Source of the DNA: Octopus sinensis
Lineage: Eukaryota
Length of the DNA stretch: 64,000 bases
Direction: 5' to 3'
Assembly (NCBI RefSeq): GCF_006345805.1
Contig: NC_043002.1
Location: 17,484,001 to 17,548,000, forward strand
The position numbers and the translations under genes are program-made. Shown here piece after piece: positions 1 to 11,927 of this stretch (its first letter is position 1; each line of letters begins with the position of its first letter). The notes under the pieces were generated by a model. It was given only the letters and a program-made list of their open reading frames with translations. It ran no database searches and was not told the DNA's origin.

Positions 1-2035
1 AGCAGAACTTTTACAAAGTAGGTTGTATTTAGTGCTATGCTAATAGTAGTAGTATGATAAAGCGTGTCTCTTAGTTTGCAAATATTGGTTTTATTGTGAT
101 ATACATTCAACGCATAAACACACGCACGATGTGAGATGAGAGACATATATTACCTGAAATGACCAGAGGGAGAGATTTTAGTTCCATGCATAATCTTCTA
201 GTCAAGTTTCAAAAATTTAAGTAGAATATTAGAATTACTCATTTGAATAGAAGCTACGTGGTTTCAAATGAAACTGAGAAAGGTTAGTTGCCAGCACAGT
301 TAATCTCTACACCTGTAGTATGAAACGACTTACGTAATGAAGATCAGGCTGGTAGCGGTCGAATATTGGTAGCATTAACATCCTGCAGAATGTTAACTCC
401 TAAACAGAGGATGGCAGGATCACCAGATTTCTGGAATCACAACTGCCCGACAAACCGAACATGAAACTCTGAGTAGAATTCTTTTGTGATATTTTGTGAT
501 GTGTTGCAGCTTTAAGAATAAAGTATGTATATACACCTGCTGGTCCCGTGCCATCAAAAATGATGGCTAATTGTTTTTTTTCTTCTTTTTTTCATTTTTC
601 TTTTCTTTTTTCCCTTTTTTTCTTTTCCTTTTTTTCTTTTTTTCTTAATTTTTGTTCTTTTTTTCCCTTTTACGATCCCTTTTGATCGAAAACCTACGCC
701 ACCTTTTTTTTTCCTCCCCCAAAAGAAAAGCTCTACCTTGTAACTTGTCCCATCTGTGTGCAGCCCTGTGTGGCCAATAAAGAAACTTAATTGTAGTATT
801 TTATACATAAATAAGGTACAAAACTATGTTTTTTTTAGTTTTATAATTCTTTTATTACCAATTTTTTTTTGTGAAAACTTTATCCGCAACTAATATCCAT
901 TAACTACATCTTTCCTTCAACAGAATTTTAAAGTTTTTCCTCCTTCTTATACGAGTTAAGGCCACATAAAGCTGGCCCTGAATAAATACAGGAACTTTTC
1001 GAAGCGATATTTCGTTTCAATTGCGCTATTCATTACTGAAACCGACATAACCTCTTACAACTTAAAACCATAAAAAGAAATCTGTGACTTATAGTTGATG
1101 TTGCAAAAATTTCCTGTGCAAAATTTATTGCATAAATTTTTTTAAATAAAAATAAATTAGGCACATGTATGAACAATAAAATGTGTATTCATGATATACT
1201 TTTCAACTGCAGTCGTTTTATATTCTTCATAAATTCAGGCAATAATTATTGTCTCTACGGAGTTGATATATGTATATGTTTGTGTAAATGTGTATGATTA
1301 CATTAACTATTTGTAACACAACAGATAGAATATGGATGGTAATTCAAATTGATAAACTTCTCAATATGATCTAGTGGTTGTACATTGATCATAGTAAATT
1401 ATTGACAGAACGTTAGTTACTTAATGTATAGTTACTGAAAGAACAATGGGAAAAAATTTCTAAACATAAATAAAGAATACTCTGAACTGTTAAGTTAAGA
1501 TCTGTATTTATAACATGCCGTTCAACTGGAGTTGTATTATATTCTTGATACAGTCCGGCTATAATTATTTTCTCTAATGAGTTTCTATATGTATATGCTT
1601 GTGTAGGTGTGTGTGTGCGATTGTAATACTTATTCTTAACAAAACAGACAGAATATGGATGGTAAATCAAATTAAAATACTTGTTATCAATGTTATCTAA
1701 TGGTTGTCTTTTGAAAGGTGACATCGATTATCGTTTGTTACTGACAGAACGCTGGTTCACATACAAACATAAATATACACATGTACTCACACGGAGTTGA
1801 ACCACTGTTTGATTTTTCCTTTTGGCGTTGAATGTTCACCATCCCACATCCATTATTCACACATATACACGTACACATACACACACACAAACACACACAA
1901 GCATTCACATGCTCCATTTTATATATATACACATATACTCACGCAGAGTTCAAGAGCCGTTTGGTATTTTTTCACCGTAGATTTTCCATCACCCCACTAC
2001 AAAGTTTTCCATCTCTCTCTCTTTCTCTCTCTCTC

Positions 2036-2078
<43 letters not shown>

Positions 2079-2251
2079 TATATATACCAATTAAGGACTG
2101 CACACGAAAAGTGGACAGTCAACATGCTAGATATAGACGTCAAATCGCCATTCTCCACAAAAAAGTTTATGTTCTCAGATCAAACTCAACAAAACCAAAG
2201 CAATAAACATGTGAAAAATATACGAAATAAATATTTACCCATGTACTAAAT

Positions 2252-2292
<41 letters not shown>

Positions 2293-2888
2293 CAGGGCAT
2301 TTAAACACAAAAGAGATGACCCTCCCTTAACAGGCAGCCTTACATTCTAGAAGTAGTAGTCAAAATACATTTAAGAGCAATTTCGAAGGGAATGAAAAAT
2401 GAAAACTTTTACCTTGTTTTTTTTTACAGCCATACCTAGCTTTCACTCTCTAATTCGCGAATAAAATAAAATGCTAGGCGAAGTTCTCATCAGTGGCTAC
2501 GCCAAAACATTAACATATAATTTAGAGACACACGTGTATCATCATTATATATTATAATTTTCCAAAATCCCCGCGCGAGCGTGGTTTCAATCGGCAGTGA
2601 ATGAAAAAGATGCCGAATTAACTTCTAAAATTACTAAAACAATATTCATAAAATATAGGGCAGCGAAATTTTAGAAATTTCACTACCAGTGGCCTAGCAT
2701 GTAGGAAAAAATCAATAGAAAACATATTTTCCATACAAAATTAGTGTACATTTAAACATTTAAAGAGGCGACTCGTAATAGGCAAACTTACATGCTGGAA
2801 GTAGCAGTCAAAACCTATAGGATATATATAGGTATGCATATATATATAAGTATGTTTGTGTGTGTATATATATATATGTATGTGTGTG

Positions 2889-2927
<39 letters not shown>

Positions 2928-4254
2928 AAACTAGGAATAATTTGATGCGAATAATGAAAATGAGAAATATTCATAGTAAAGATTAAAGAACAGCAGTGAA
3001 AGGGAAACGACAGAACGAATTGCTGACCTCACACTTGCCATTTCTTCGTTTTCAAATCCCCTTCTGATAAGAAATATATCCTATAACTAATATAGCTTTA
3101 CGTTTTCGTCTGCCATATGTAATTGTTGCATCTTAGTTTTAAAACGAGAATAATAGCTTCCCTCCTACGACGTCTGCTGCCAATTCACATAGTTCTCCTC
3201 GGTCTCTTATCGAGCTACTGATCAGCCACTAGAAGTTCACCTTAGTGTCACACAATAAATAGTTATAACCAAAGTTGATTGAGTTATTGATTTACTGCAG
3301 CAAACCGAAGTAAGTTAAGAACAACGAGGTCAAGTACAAATAATTCTATCTAGAGCTTGGACACAAGCATTTACTCTGAAATATTATTTTCCTTATGTAT
3401 TCAATATCTAATCAAATTTATCGAAGCAAGACATCAAGCTATTCAAAATAAATTCCTTATACCATCCGAGAGTTATTTTATGAATGCCCACTTGGCAGGT
3501 CAGCAAACGAAAGCAATGATGACTGGCATTGTCCAATAACATTTCTTTAAAAAAAATTCTTTCTGAAACTGAAACCTTGCTAAGTAAATATATGGCAATT
3601 AGCCAAAGACTGCTGTCACCCATCCAAGAATTCTCAACTTACCTATGTCGGTTTCGATATTTTTCCTTTCACTCTTTATTTAACATGTCTCGCTTTTTTT
3701 TTCTTTCTGATGTGATATCGCCCTGCATAAATAAAAAGCAATACATTCGTTGACACAGTATATTTTAGTATTATTTAACTGATATTTACTGATTTCTTCT
3801 TCAAATCTGCTATGCTTTTCGAACGTCTCATCTGATTTAGAATGGTAATATAGCTACAGCACGGTATCACCGTGTCGCCCTGACGAAGTGTTGCTCTTTT
3901 GCGGTGGAGTTACGGGGAAAGCAAACGAGAAGTGTGCAGCGTGTAAATAGCGATCGATACTAAGCTATGTGTGTAGGTATTTCATATGACCTTCACATGA
4001 CGTAATCCAACAGACTCTGCAACACGTTAATCGGCGTAGGCAACCTAGGAGTATCTCCGATGCGGCAGAAAGTTGAAAGTTACATATTTTCTTCTTTTTA
4101 TGAAATTAAGTTCGATGGCGTGTGCCAGATATGTTACCCGAGATAATCTGGTTGAAAAGTGTAATCTTGACAATAATAAAGCGATTGCCAAGTGTGACAA
4201 TGGAAAATTTCAGAAGCTCCCGCCAAATACACTAACATCAATATTGTTATCATA

Positions 4255-4655
4255 GGCGTATGCGTGGCTGTGTGGTAAGCAGCTTGCTTACCAACCACGT
4301 GGTTCCATGCTCAGTCCCACTGCGCGGAACGTTGGGCAAGTGCCTTCTACTATAACCTCGGGCCGTCCAAAGCCTTGTGAGTGGATTTGGTAGACGGAAA
4401 CTGAAAGAAGCCCGTCGTATATATGTATATATACATATGTTTGAGTGTGTATGTTTGTGTGTCTGTGTTTGTCCCCCCAACATCACTTGGCAATCGATGC
4501 TGGTGTGTTTACGTCCCTGTAACTTAGCAGTTCGGCAAAAGAGACCGATAGAATTAGTACTAGGCTTACACAGAATAAGTCCTGGGGTCGATTTGCTCGA
4601 CTAAAGTTGGTGCTCCAGCATGGCCACAATCACATGATTGAAACAAATAAAAGTG
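4255..4655 (+). mobile_element. tRNA-derived SINE, family A (full length)
   Basis: A-box-like TGGCTGTGTGG and B-box-like region at the 5' end, central (TA)/(TG) microsatellite, conserved 3' half (GTCGATTTGCTCGACTAAAG...CCAGCATGGCC...TGAAACAA) and A-rich tail. Near-identical body recurs at 42.5, 43.2, 51.9 and 60.4 kb. Confidence 0.9.
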
Positions 4656-5869
4656 TAAAAGACTAACGATTGGCGTATGAATTGTCTCATTAGTTGTAAT
4701 GCGGAAGTTTATCTTAATATTAGGTTGTTAATAGGTATTTAGATGTTGATGATTTTAATTTTATCACCTTTCCGTCTCTTTCATTATGCCCTAACAGAGT
4801 AAGAGTAACTGGTGCTGAAATATGACACAATAAATTGTGTAATATAGTTTTGTTTTATTCAACAAGTTACAATAACAACGGACTACTTTTGTTGTAACTT
4901 GATGAATAAAGCAAATAAATTACCAACATTGAATCAAGCTTTTGACTCAAGACAATATTAGCGGTTTAATATATATTCTATGGAAAATGTCTTGATTTTT
5001 GTTTCCCGGAGAAAATTTGATTTCCGTTTAGATAATTCTATTTCCTTCAACTCGTTTGAAATTTCGAGTAATTTATTTCCGTTCTGTTTGAACGTTTCCT
5101 ATTTACTCTACATGTAAAGCTGTCTTCGTCCGCGGAAGCGAGTACAGATGTTTCATTTAGCATGATAATTAATAATCCCTACCATTTAAAATGCCTCACC
5201 TTACGTTTCCTGTAAGCCGTGTAGTAGTGACTTTATGTAAATGCAAATTAATTTGCAACTTGAGGGTACGTTTGACAGTTACAAATGATATAAGAGCACG
5301 GAAAGGGACGTGAAGATATGTTGTATTGTTCTTATGCGGTTTATAGTATCCTAGATGGAAGCAATTGGTCAACAAGAAACGGTGAGAGTTAGTATTGAAA
5401 TATTGAAATGCTGGAATTATTTTCACCTTCAGCCCAGGCGGTAATAAGGAAAATGTTGGAAGTACAAGCAATGAGTTTCATTGCAGTATATATACACTCT
5501 AATAACACTATCATTCAGAAATAATATAGTACTATTAGTTAACAGTCCCAATAGGTAATCTCTATCTATCTTTCAGTGTGTATAAAATTATATTTGTATA
5601 CTGGTAGATGTGTGTTTGTATATATACATAAATTCATTTATTTACTTACGGGGGAGAAAGTGACGGAGAGAGGTAAAGAGATAGATAAACATGCATATAT
5701 ATATATATGTATGAATATATTATATGCATATATGTATATATATATATATATACATACATATATATATAGGAATGGAAAAATTATGAGGCAGAATGCAAAA
5801 TTGAAAGTAAATTTTAATAAAAATAGGTGTATGAAGAATTAAAAAAGAAAAAAATAGTAAATCAGTTCG

Positions 5870-5878
5870 AAGAAACCC

Positions 5879-5933
<55 letters not shown>

Positions 5934-5934
5934 T

Positions 5935-5981
<47 letters not shown>

Positions 5982-5990
5982 TATATATAT
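5870..5990. repeat. (TA)n microsatellite
   Basis: Long, slightly interrupted TA dinucleotide run. Confidence 0.95.
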
Positions 5991-5991
5991 G

Positions 5992-6133
5992 AATTGCAGC
6001 GTGGAAGGTGTTTGTAAGCCATTTACGAAACACAAAAGCCGTTCGATTCACTTCAAAATTTAAGTTTAACTTGTCAAAATATTTTCGTCGCTTTAAGACC
6101 GCGACTTGTTCACTGACAAAAATCCGTGCTGCA
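5992..6133. mobile_element. Single arm of a palindromic MITE-like repeat
   Basis: AATTGCAGCGTGGAAGGTGTTT...GTTCACTGACAAAAATCCGTGCTGCA matches both arms of the palindrome at 16517-16703. Confidence 0.75.
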
Positions 6134-6159
6134 TCTGAGAAAGTAACAGTTAGTTCGTT

Positions 6160-6315
6160 ATATATATGTACGTATGTATGTGTGTATGTATGTATGCACG
6201 CATGTATTCATGCATGCATGTATGTATGTATGTACGTACGTACGCATGTGTGTATGTATGTATGTATGTATGTATGTATGTATGTATGTATGTATGTATG
6301 TATGTATGTATATGC
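6160..6315. repeat. (TATG)n tetranucleotide microsatellite
   Basis: Direct reading of the sequence. Confidence 0.95.
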
Positions 6316-6742
6316 ACGCACCCACATACTATAAACTTAAAGCTATAAACCTGTAGTGATGGATAGATGTAGACTGAGCACTCATCACAACAATTTCAAC
6401 CCCACCCCCCGCCGAAACTAGGAAGTGATTTACGACCCTCACCCCCACGACAAAACTCTAAAACCTATTATCAGTCACTTATCTCTATATCACAAAACTT
6501 TTGTTTTACTATTACTTATCTTTTTTTTTCTTTTCTCCCTACTTCTAGTTAGTTCAGGTTCTATATATATATACGTATGTATGTGAGTATCTAGGAGAAT
6601 GGGCAGACGCGTGTGTGTGTGTACATGTGTATGTGCATGTGAACGTATGTCCGTGTACTGGTATGTGTCCGTCTAAGTTGTGTACATGACTGTTACTTTG
6701 TTGAAGGTTGTATATATACACACATATATGTTTGTATATACG

Positions 6743-6775
<33 letters not shown>

Positions 6776-7148
6776 GTGCTGGGGTTGTCCCTCTCATCAC
6801 CGTCTAACGGTGAATAGATACAACGTTTAGGGGCAACTGTGCACATATAACCATATACATATACACAAGTACACAATCATATAGACACACTCATAAATAT
6901 ACTTATAATCTTAAAATATATACTCATATATGCTTATCCACTTCTACATACATACACACACACGCGCGCGCACACACGCACACACACGCGCACACACACA
7001 CGCACACACACACGCACACACGCATAAATATACATACGCACACACACACATACATACAAAATATGACACAGTATTCAAGGGCAACGGTTCAAAAAAGATC
7101 GAACATGCATTATATTTACCTATCTTCCCTTTTTTATGTGTATGTATA

Positions 7149-7183
<35 letters not shown>

Positions 7184-7184
7184 C

Positions 7185-7542
7185 TGAAAATGGGATCAGA
7201 AAGCTTCCTTGGTCGAGCTAATCTCCTGACATGAACCCAATTTGAAATCTTTGGAGCATACTAGATAGAGCTATATGAGAATCACAACAGAAACCTAAAT
7301 CTAAAGATGAATTGTTTCGATTGTTGCGTGAAAATGGGCAGAATTCCACAAGAGATAATCACAAAGCTCATCAGTTCAATACCAAAAAGAGTTTCGGAAT
7401 TAAAAATTGCAAAGGGAATGCGAACTAAATATTAAATTTATGTAGTCCAACTTAAACAGTACATTTGAATTGTTCGCTTTGCTTATTAATTAAAAGATGT
7501 TGAAAATTAAAGGTGTCTATTTACTTCCTGTATGTCTGTGTA
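7185..7542 (+). mobile_element. Tc1-family DNA transposon, decayed 3' fragment
   Basis: From 7204 it translates as LPWSS*SPDMNPI*NLWSIL (the Tc1 WPxxSPDxNPIENLW motif), later LISSIPKRVSELKIAKGMRTKY*, followed by a plausible right TIR ending ...CTGTG-TA. Confidence 0.8.
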
Positions 7543-7559
7543 TATATGTAAGGTCACAA

Positions 7560-7782
7560 GTAACACATTATATACATATATGTGTGTGTATACGTTTGCG
7601 TGTGTGTGTTTGTCCCACCCACATCGCTTGACAACCGATGCCGGTATGTTACGTCCCCGTAACTAGTGTTAGAATAGTACTAGGCTTACAAAGAATGAGT
7701 CCTGTGGTCGATTTGCTCGACTAAAGGTTTTTTGCTCCAGCATGACCACTGTCAAATGACTGAAACAAGTAAAAGAGTAAAG
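7560..7782 (+). mobile_element. SINE family A, 3' half
   Basis: TTTGTCCC...GCTTGACAACCGATG...GTCGATTTGCTCGACTAAAGG...TGACTGAAACAAGTAAAAGAG matches the family A 3' half. Confidence 0.85.
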
Positions 7783-9751
7783 TGACGTTGCTATTGGCAG
7801 GAATAAATTAGGACAGGTGCACATTAATTAGAAACATTAACAAATTTAGTGGAATCTTGGGGACACACGTTGTAACCAGCTTCCAGATAGCTCCTGGCCG
7901 CTCTCTCACTCTTTCTCCGAATGTTCTTTATTCTCTTACTCATATAAGGAAAAGAGAAAGCAGGACCAGAAATTCTGCTAAATAGTAGATTCAAAAACTT
8001 AGAGTAATTACATTGATTTCTTTTCCGTTCTGAAATCAAAACTCACCAGAATCGACTCAGTCTTTCATCTAGTTACAGGTAATACATTAACACACCATGC
8101 ATGCACAGGCGGATTTTGTTCTTCTCCTCCCATATAAATCCGTTCGTGACGGTTGCACTGATGGGAGAAATCAATATAACAATATAAAATAAAGGATAAA
8201 AGGGTTCTGAGGTGTTACATAAATAGGGATTAACGAGACAATTACTTGAAATCGCTTCAAAGAAAGTAACCATTCACCATCGTATGACCATATGAACAAA
8301 GGGTTATTTTCTATCAGAAATGAAAACTTTTGATCATACATGTCGAGATACCATTAGTCACCTAATGGGAATAACATAAAGCTGCCTCGCCTTTCAAGCA
8401 CGTCGACCGATTGGCACATACGTTCCGGCATTAGGCTTAATTTGTTGTTGTTAGTTCTCTTCCAGATTCAGATAAATCTTGATCGGACGGTCGAAAATAA
8501 AATGTATACCAGTAGTCACAACCACTTCTCTGTAAAAGTATATCAAAGACGATATTATATTTCATGGATATATTTGTTAATATGGTATATGTGGCTGGGC
8601 AAATCCTCAAGATTGATCTCATTTTTGGAGAGAGCTTTCTTTTTAAGTTTTCGGTATGATCTCTATATTTCCCACCTACTGCCGCTTTAATATGCACGAA
8701 ATTTTTTATCCTTCAGTGTAGATATGCAATTCCTATGTTGTGTTTTTTTATATTTACTCTTACCGAAACATAATGGCTTTGTACAAAGTTTTACATTATT
8801 AGATTAAGTATCATAACAACATCTCAAGATGGCCATGACCACAATACGACAAAATTTATCATGTTTGCTTTCAACAGAAGTAAGGCCCTATAATCTCACT
8901 ACCTCCCCCTGATCCAATAAACAAAGAAAAAAGAAGAAAAATGGACCTTATGGAGAAGGTCTCTAATAAACCAGCCCCTCAGTCCAAAATAATAAAAAAA
9001 AACTCGAATCTTCTCTTCCTTTCGTTTTCTTTTTTTCCGCCGTGAATTATCTGTCACACAGCGGTGTATCACACTCTCTCTATGCATTGTAGTATGGGTT
9101 TTTTCTGAGAGAAAATCTCTTCATGGAGATGTATTCTAAAAATACAATACACACACACACACATAAAAGTATTAATAATGATAATGAGAACGGAGATTTT
9201 TCACCTCCATGATTTTATTTAACAGTTATTTATGGTATTCTGGTCCAGTAAAAGATGCTGTAAATAACTATTAAATGAAACTTTGGTTGTGAGAAAACTC
9301 CGTTCTCCTTATCATATGCAGTCCTGAATAAGACGCTCGGTTTTACCAAGCGAAAATATTTACCAGAACCTAGCAACTTATTGTTTGCTCGGGTATCACA
9401 AAACCACCGTCCTGATTAAACCGAATGAAGAGGAAACACGGTAACCATCAGGATAATATATCACCTTAAACTCAAACATATATATATAATCGAGGCTGTA
9501 TTTTCCAACATGGAGGCGAACACCTTCCTCCATGTATTTGGCTTGAAAATTGATACACTAGGACATTTTCCTAATTTTCTTAAGATGAAACCAATGGCAA
9601 CTTTAATTCACAAATAAAGAAATTATGTTAAACATGCAGCGCTGAGCACTCATTTTCATCGTTCGACATTTACGTGTATATAACGTATATGTATGTATAT
9701 GTATGTATGTATGTATATGTATGTATGTATATGTATGTATGTATATGTATA

Positions 9752-9806
<55 letters not shown>

Positions 9807-9930
9807 CATACATACATATATATATATGTATAAATATTATATATATATATATATACATATGTATATATATATATTATATACATATATATATATTTATGCA
9901 TATATATATATATATGTATAAATATATATA

Positions 9931-11031
9931 GTTGAAGTTGAAGGGGTAAAATCAAGCCCAGCCAAAGTCAGTAGTGGCGTTCCGCAAGGCACTGTGCTGG
10001 GCCCGCTTCTTTTCATCATTTACATTAATGACATTAATGACATCATCAAGCACAGCAACATAAAAATCTTTGCAGATGACTCCAAGCTACAGAAGGTCAT
10101 AAATGAGGCGAGTGACCGGACATGCCTTCAGTCAGATCTACTGGCTGTTATCCAATGGGCAGAAAAAAACAATATGCTGCTGAACGAGGATAAATTTGAG
10201 CTAATCCACTTTGGAAAAGAGGATGCTCTGAAACTCCCATACTCCCTTCCTTCAGGTGAAACTCTCGCGGCGTCCAACAACATCAGAGACTTGGGAGTAA
10301 TTGTGGACAACAACGTAAGCTGGGCCACTCATATAAACACCAAAGTTGACATGGCCCGCAGAATGTGTTCCTGGATTCTCAGAACTTTCCAGTCGAGAGA
10401 TATCCACACCATTATCCTTCTCTTCTCCACTTTTGCCCGACCCCACCTTGAATACTGTTGTCCACTGTGGTCTCCTCACACAATACAAGGTATCATAAAA
10501 GTTGAAGCACCTCAAAGGGTAATCACAAAAAAGATAGATGGCATGACAGGCCTCGACTATTGGGGTCGGCTAGAAAAGCTAAAACTCTATTCTCTCCAAC
10601 GTCGTCGTGAGCGCTACATCATCTGCATGATGTGGAAAATATTCCATCAGCATTGCCCAAATGATGTTGGTATCACCTTTAAGGTACATCCAAGGCTTGG
10701 GCCCCGTGCCATCCGCCCAAAACAAAAATCGCACTCTCATCTCATAACAACAATACGGCACAATTATTTCACCTCAATTGGCCCCGCTCTCTTTAACATT
10801 ACACCAAAACACATTAAAACAGAAACTGACCCTATAGGGTTCAAGAAGTCTTTGGACAGATTCCTTCAAGAAATCCCGGATAAACCCCCTACACCCGGAT
10901 ATGTCTCTGTAAACAATAACTCTCTACTTGAGTGGGCCATAGTGCCCAAATTCTGACTTGAAAGACTTCACCAGGTGGTGCTATTAAGTTAGACATGGCC
11001 TGGGCCAATAATGGCCGAAACCTATCAAAGT
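9931..11031 (+). mobile_element. 5'-truncated CR1/L2-group LINE, young copy of the 44.7-49.3 kb element
   Basis: Co-linear with 48255-49339 with only about 9 substitutions and 2 indels; same 3' UTR ending GGCCGAAACCTATCAAAG. Confidence 0.95.
9994..10956 (+). CDS. Uninterrupted C-terminal part of LINE ORF2 (RT palm/thumb and C-terminal domain); no true start, 5'-truncated
   Basis: LGPLLFIIYIND, FADD catalytic motif, RDLGVIVD, LEYCCPLWSP, YSLQRRRERY. Confidence 0.9.
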   Translation: MLGPLLFIIYINDINDIIKHSNIKIFADDSKLQKVINEASDRTCLQSDLLAVIQWAEKNNMLLNEDKFELIHFGKEDALKLPYSLPSGETLAASNNIRDLGVIVDNNVSWATHINTKVDMARRMCSWILRTFQSRDIHTIILLFSTFARPHLEYCCPLWSPHTIQGIIKVEAPQRVITKKIDGMTGLDYWGRLEKLKLYSLQRRRERYIICMMWKIFHQHCPNDVGITFKVHPRLGPRAIRPKQKSHSHLITTIRHNYFTSIGPALFNITPKHIKTETDPIGFKKSLDRFLQEIPDKPPTPGYVSVNNNSLLEWAIVPKF

Positions 11032-11048
11032 AAGTATATATATGTATG

Positions 11049-11105
<57 letters not shown>

Positions 11106-11143
11106 CATACATACATACATACATACATACATACATACATACA

Positions 11144-11175
<32 letters not shown>

Positions 11176-11289
11176 CGTTATATACACGTAAATGTCGAAT
11201 GATGAAAATGAGTGCTCAGCACCGCATTGGTTAACATAATTTCTTTATTTGTGTATTAAGGTTACCCTTTCAAAATGTGACATCGTGTG

Positions 11290-11458
11290 TACCGTTGCCG
11301 ATTTTTTTCCTCTGTCTTCCCTCCTATGGATCTTTCCTTCTCCTATGTTTCCGACGAAGAGCTCCGCTCGAAACGTTAAACCTTCCTTCTTTCCTTCTTT
11401 CCTGAGCGTCCATAATACTATATTTGTTCCACGTCCTCGCGTTGTTGTGTTTTGTGTG

Positions 11459-11461
<3 letters not shown>
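11290..11461 (+). mobile_element. Short pyrimidine-rich repeat carrying a hammerhead-like motif (probable Penelope-type pLTR derivative)
   Basis: Homologous to 59405-59590 on the minus strand; contains the ribozyme-like core at 11347-11381. Confidence 0.7.
11347..11381 (+). ncRNA. Minimal type I hammerhead ribozyme-like motif (U4C variant)
   Basis: GTTT-CCGACGA-A-GAGC(TCC)GCTC-GAAA-CGT-T-AAAC: stem I GTTT/AAAC, stem II GAGC/GCTC, palindromic ACGT stem III. Confidence 0.6.
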
Positions 11462-11512
<51 letters not shown>

Positions 11513-11889
11513 TATTATAGAGAGAGAGAGGAGAGAGAGAGAAGAGAGAGAGAAATCCGGAGGCAATCATCGCGGCAGTATTTCATGAGAATGACATGCA
11601 CATTTCGCCCTAACTGGAGCTTTCAATATCGTACACCCACCTGCTACTTGCTTAAGAATAAAGTTTGTGCTTCAAAATATATGAAACAATGTATAATGCA
11701 TTCACTGGTGTTGCAGAAGGTTGGCCTGATTTTAAAATAATCGGTGAATGCAATTCAAAGAGCATTTTTCTTAATACCAAAATTTGTATCTCATATGAAA
11801 TATATATACACCACTGAATGGCATGATTCTAGGCGAGGGAGTTGAGTTCTGAGAAACATATCTCTTGATAGTCATGAGGTATTTAAGGA

Positions 11890-11927
<38 letters not shown>

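Larger units (their letters stand above)
9590..11270. mobile_element. Fold-back (MITE-like) element with ~100-bp inverted arms and a microsatellite core, interrupted by a LINE fragment
   Basis: 9603-9700 (TTAATTCACAAATAAAGAAATTATGTT...GCTGAGCACTCATTTTCATC...CGACATTTACGTGTATATAACGTATATG) is the reverse complement of 11165-11259, with a few mismatches. Confidence 0.8.

Noticed and set aside
554-808. Lys-rich 84-aa minus ORF
   Set aside because: It is a translation of a low-complexity poly-T/pyrimidine tract, not a gene.
3357-3753. Protein-like plus-strand ORFs (FIEARHQAIQNKF..., ILSETETLLSKY...)
   Set aside because: Short, in different frames, with no recognisable motif or splice support.
6780-6840. 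Hairpin CACCG-TCTAA-CGGTG with AAACGTT and TGATGA words on the minus strand
   Set aside because: Both hammerhead boxes are incomplete and stem I cannot be formed.
7824-8697. Minus ORFs with phrases resembling Cys-loop receptor M1 or GPCR segments (PLFYIVILISP, YNIVFDILLQR, RKSERAARSY)
   Set aside because: No Cys-loop or DRY/NPxxY motifs, the spacing and frames are inconsistent, and there is no continuous ORF. The resemblance is probably coincidental.
8829-8879. Possible first coding exon ATG...GAA|GTAAGG on the plus strand
   Set aside because: Only 17 codons with no downstream partner exon; compatible with chance.
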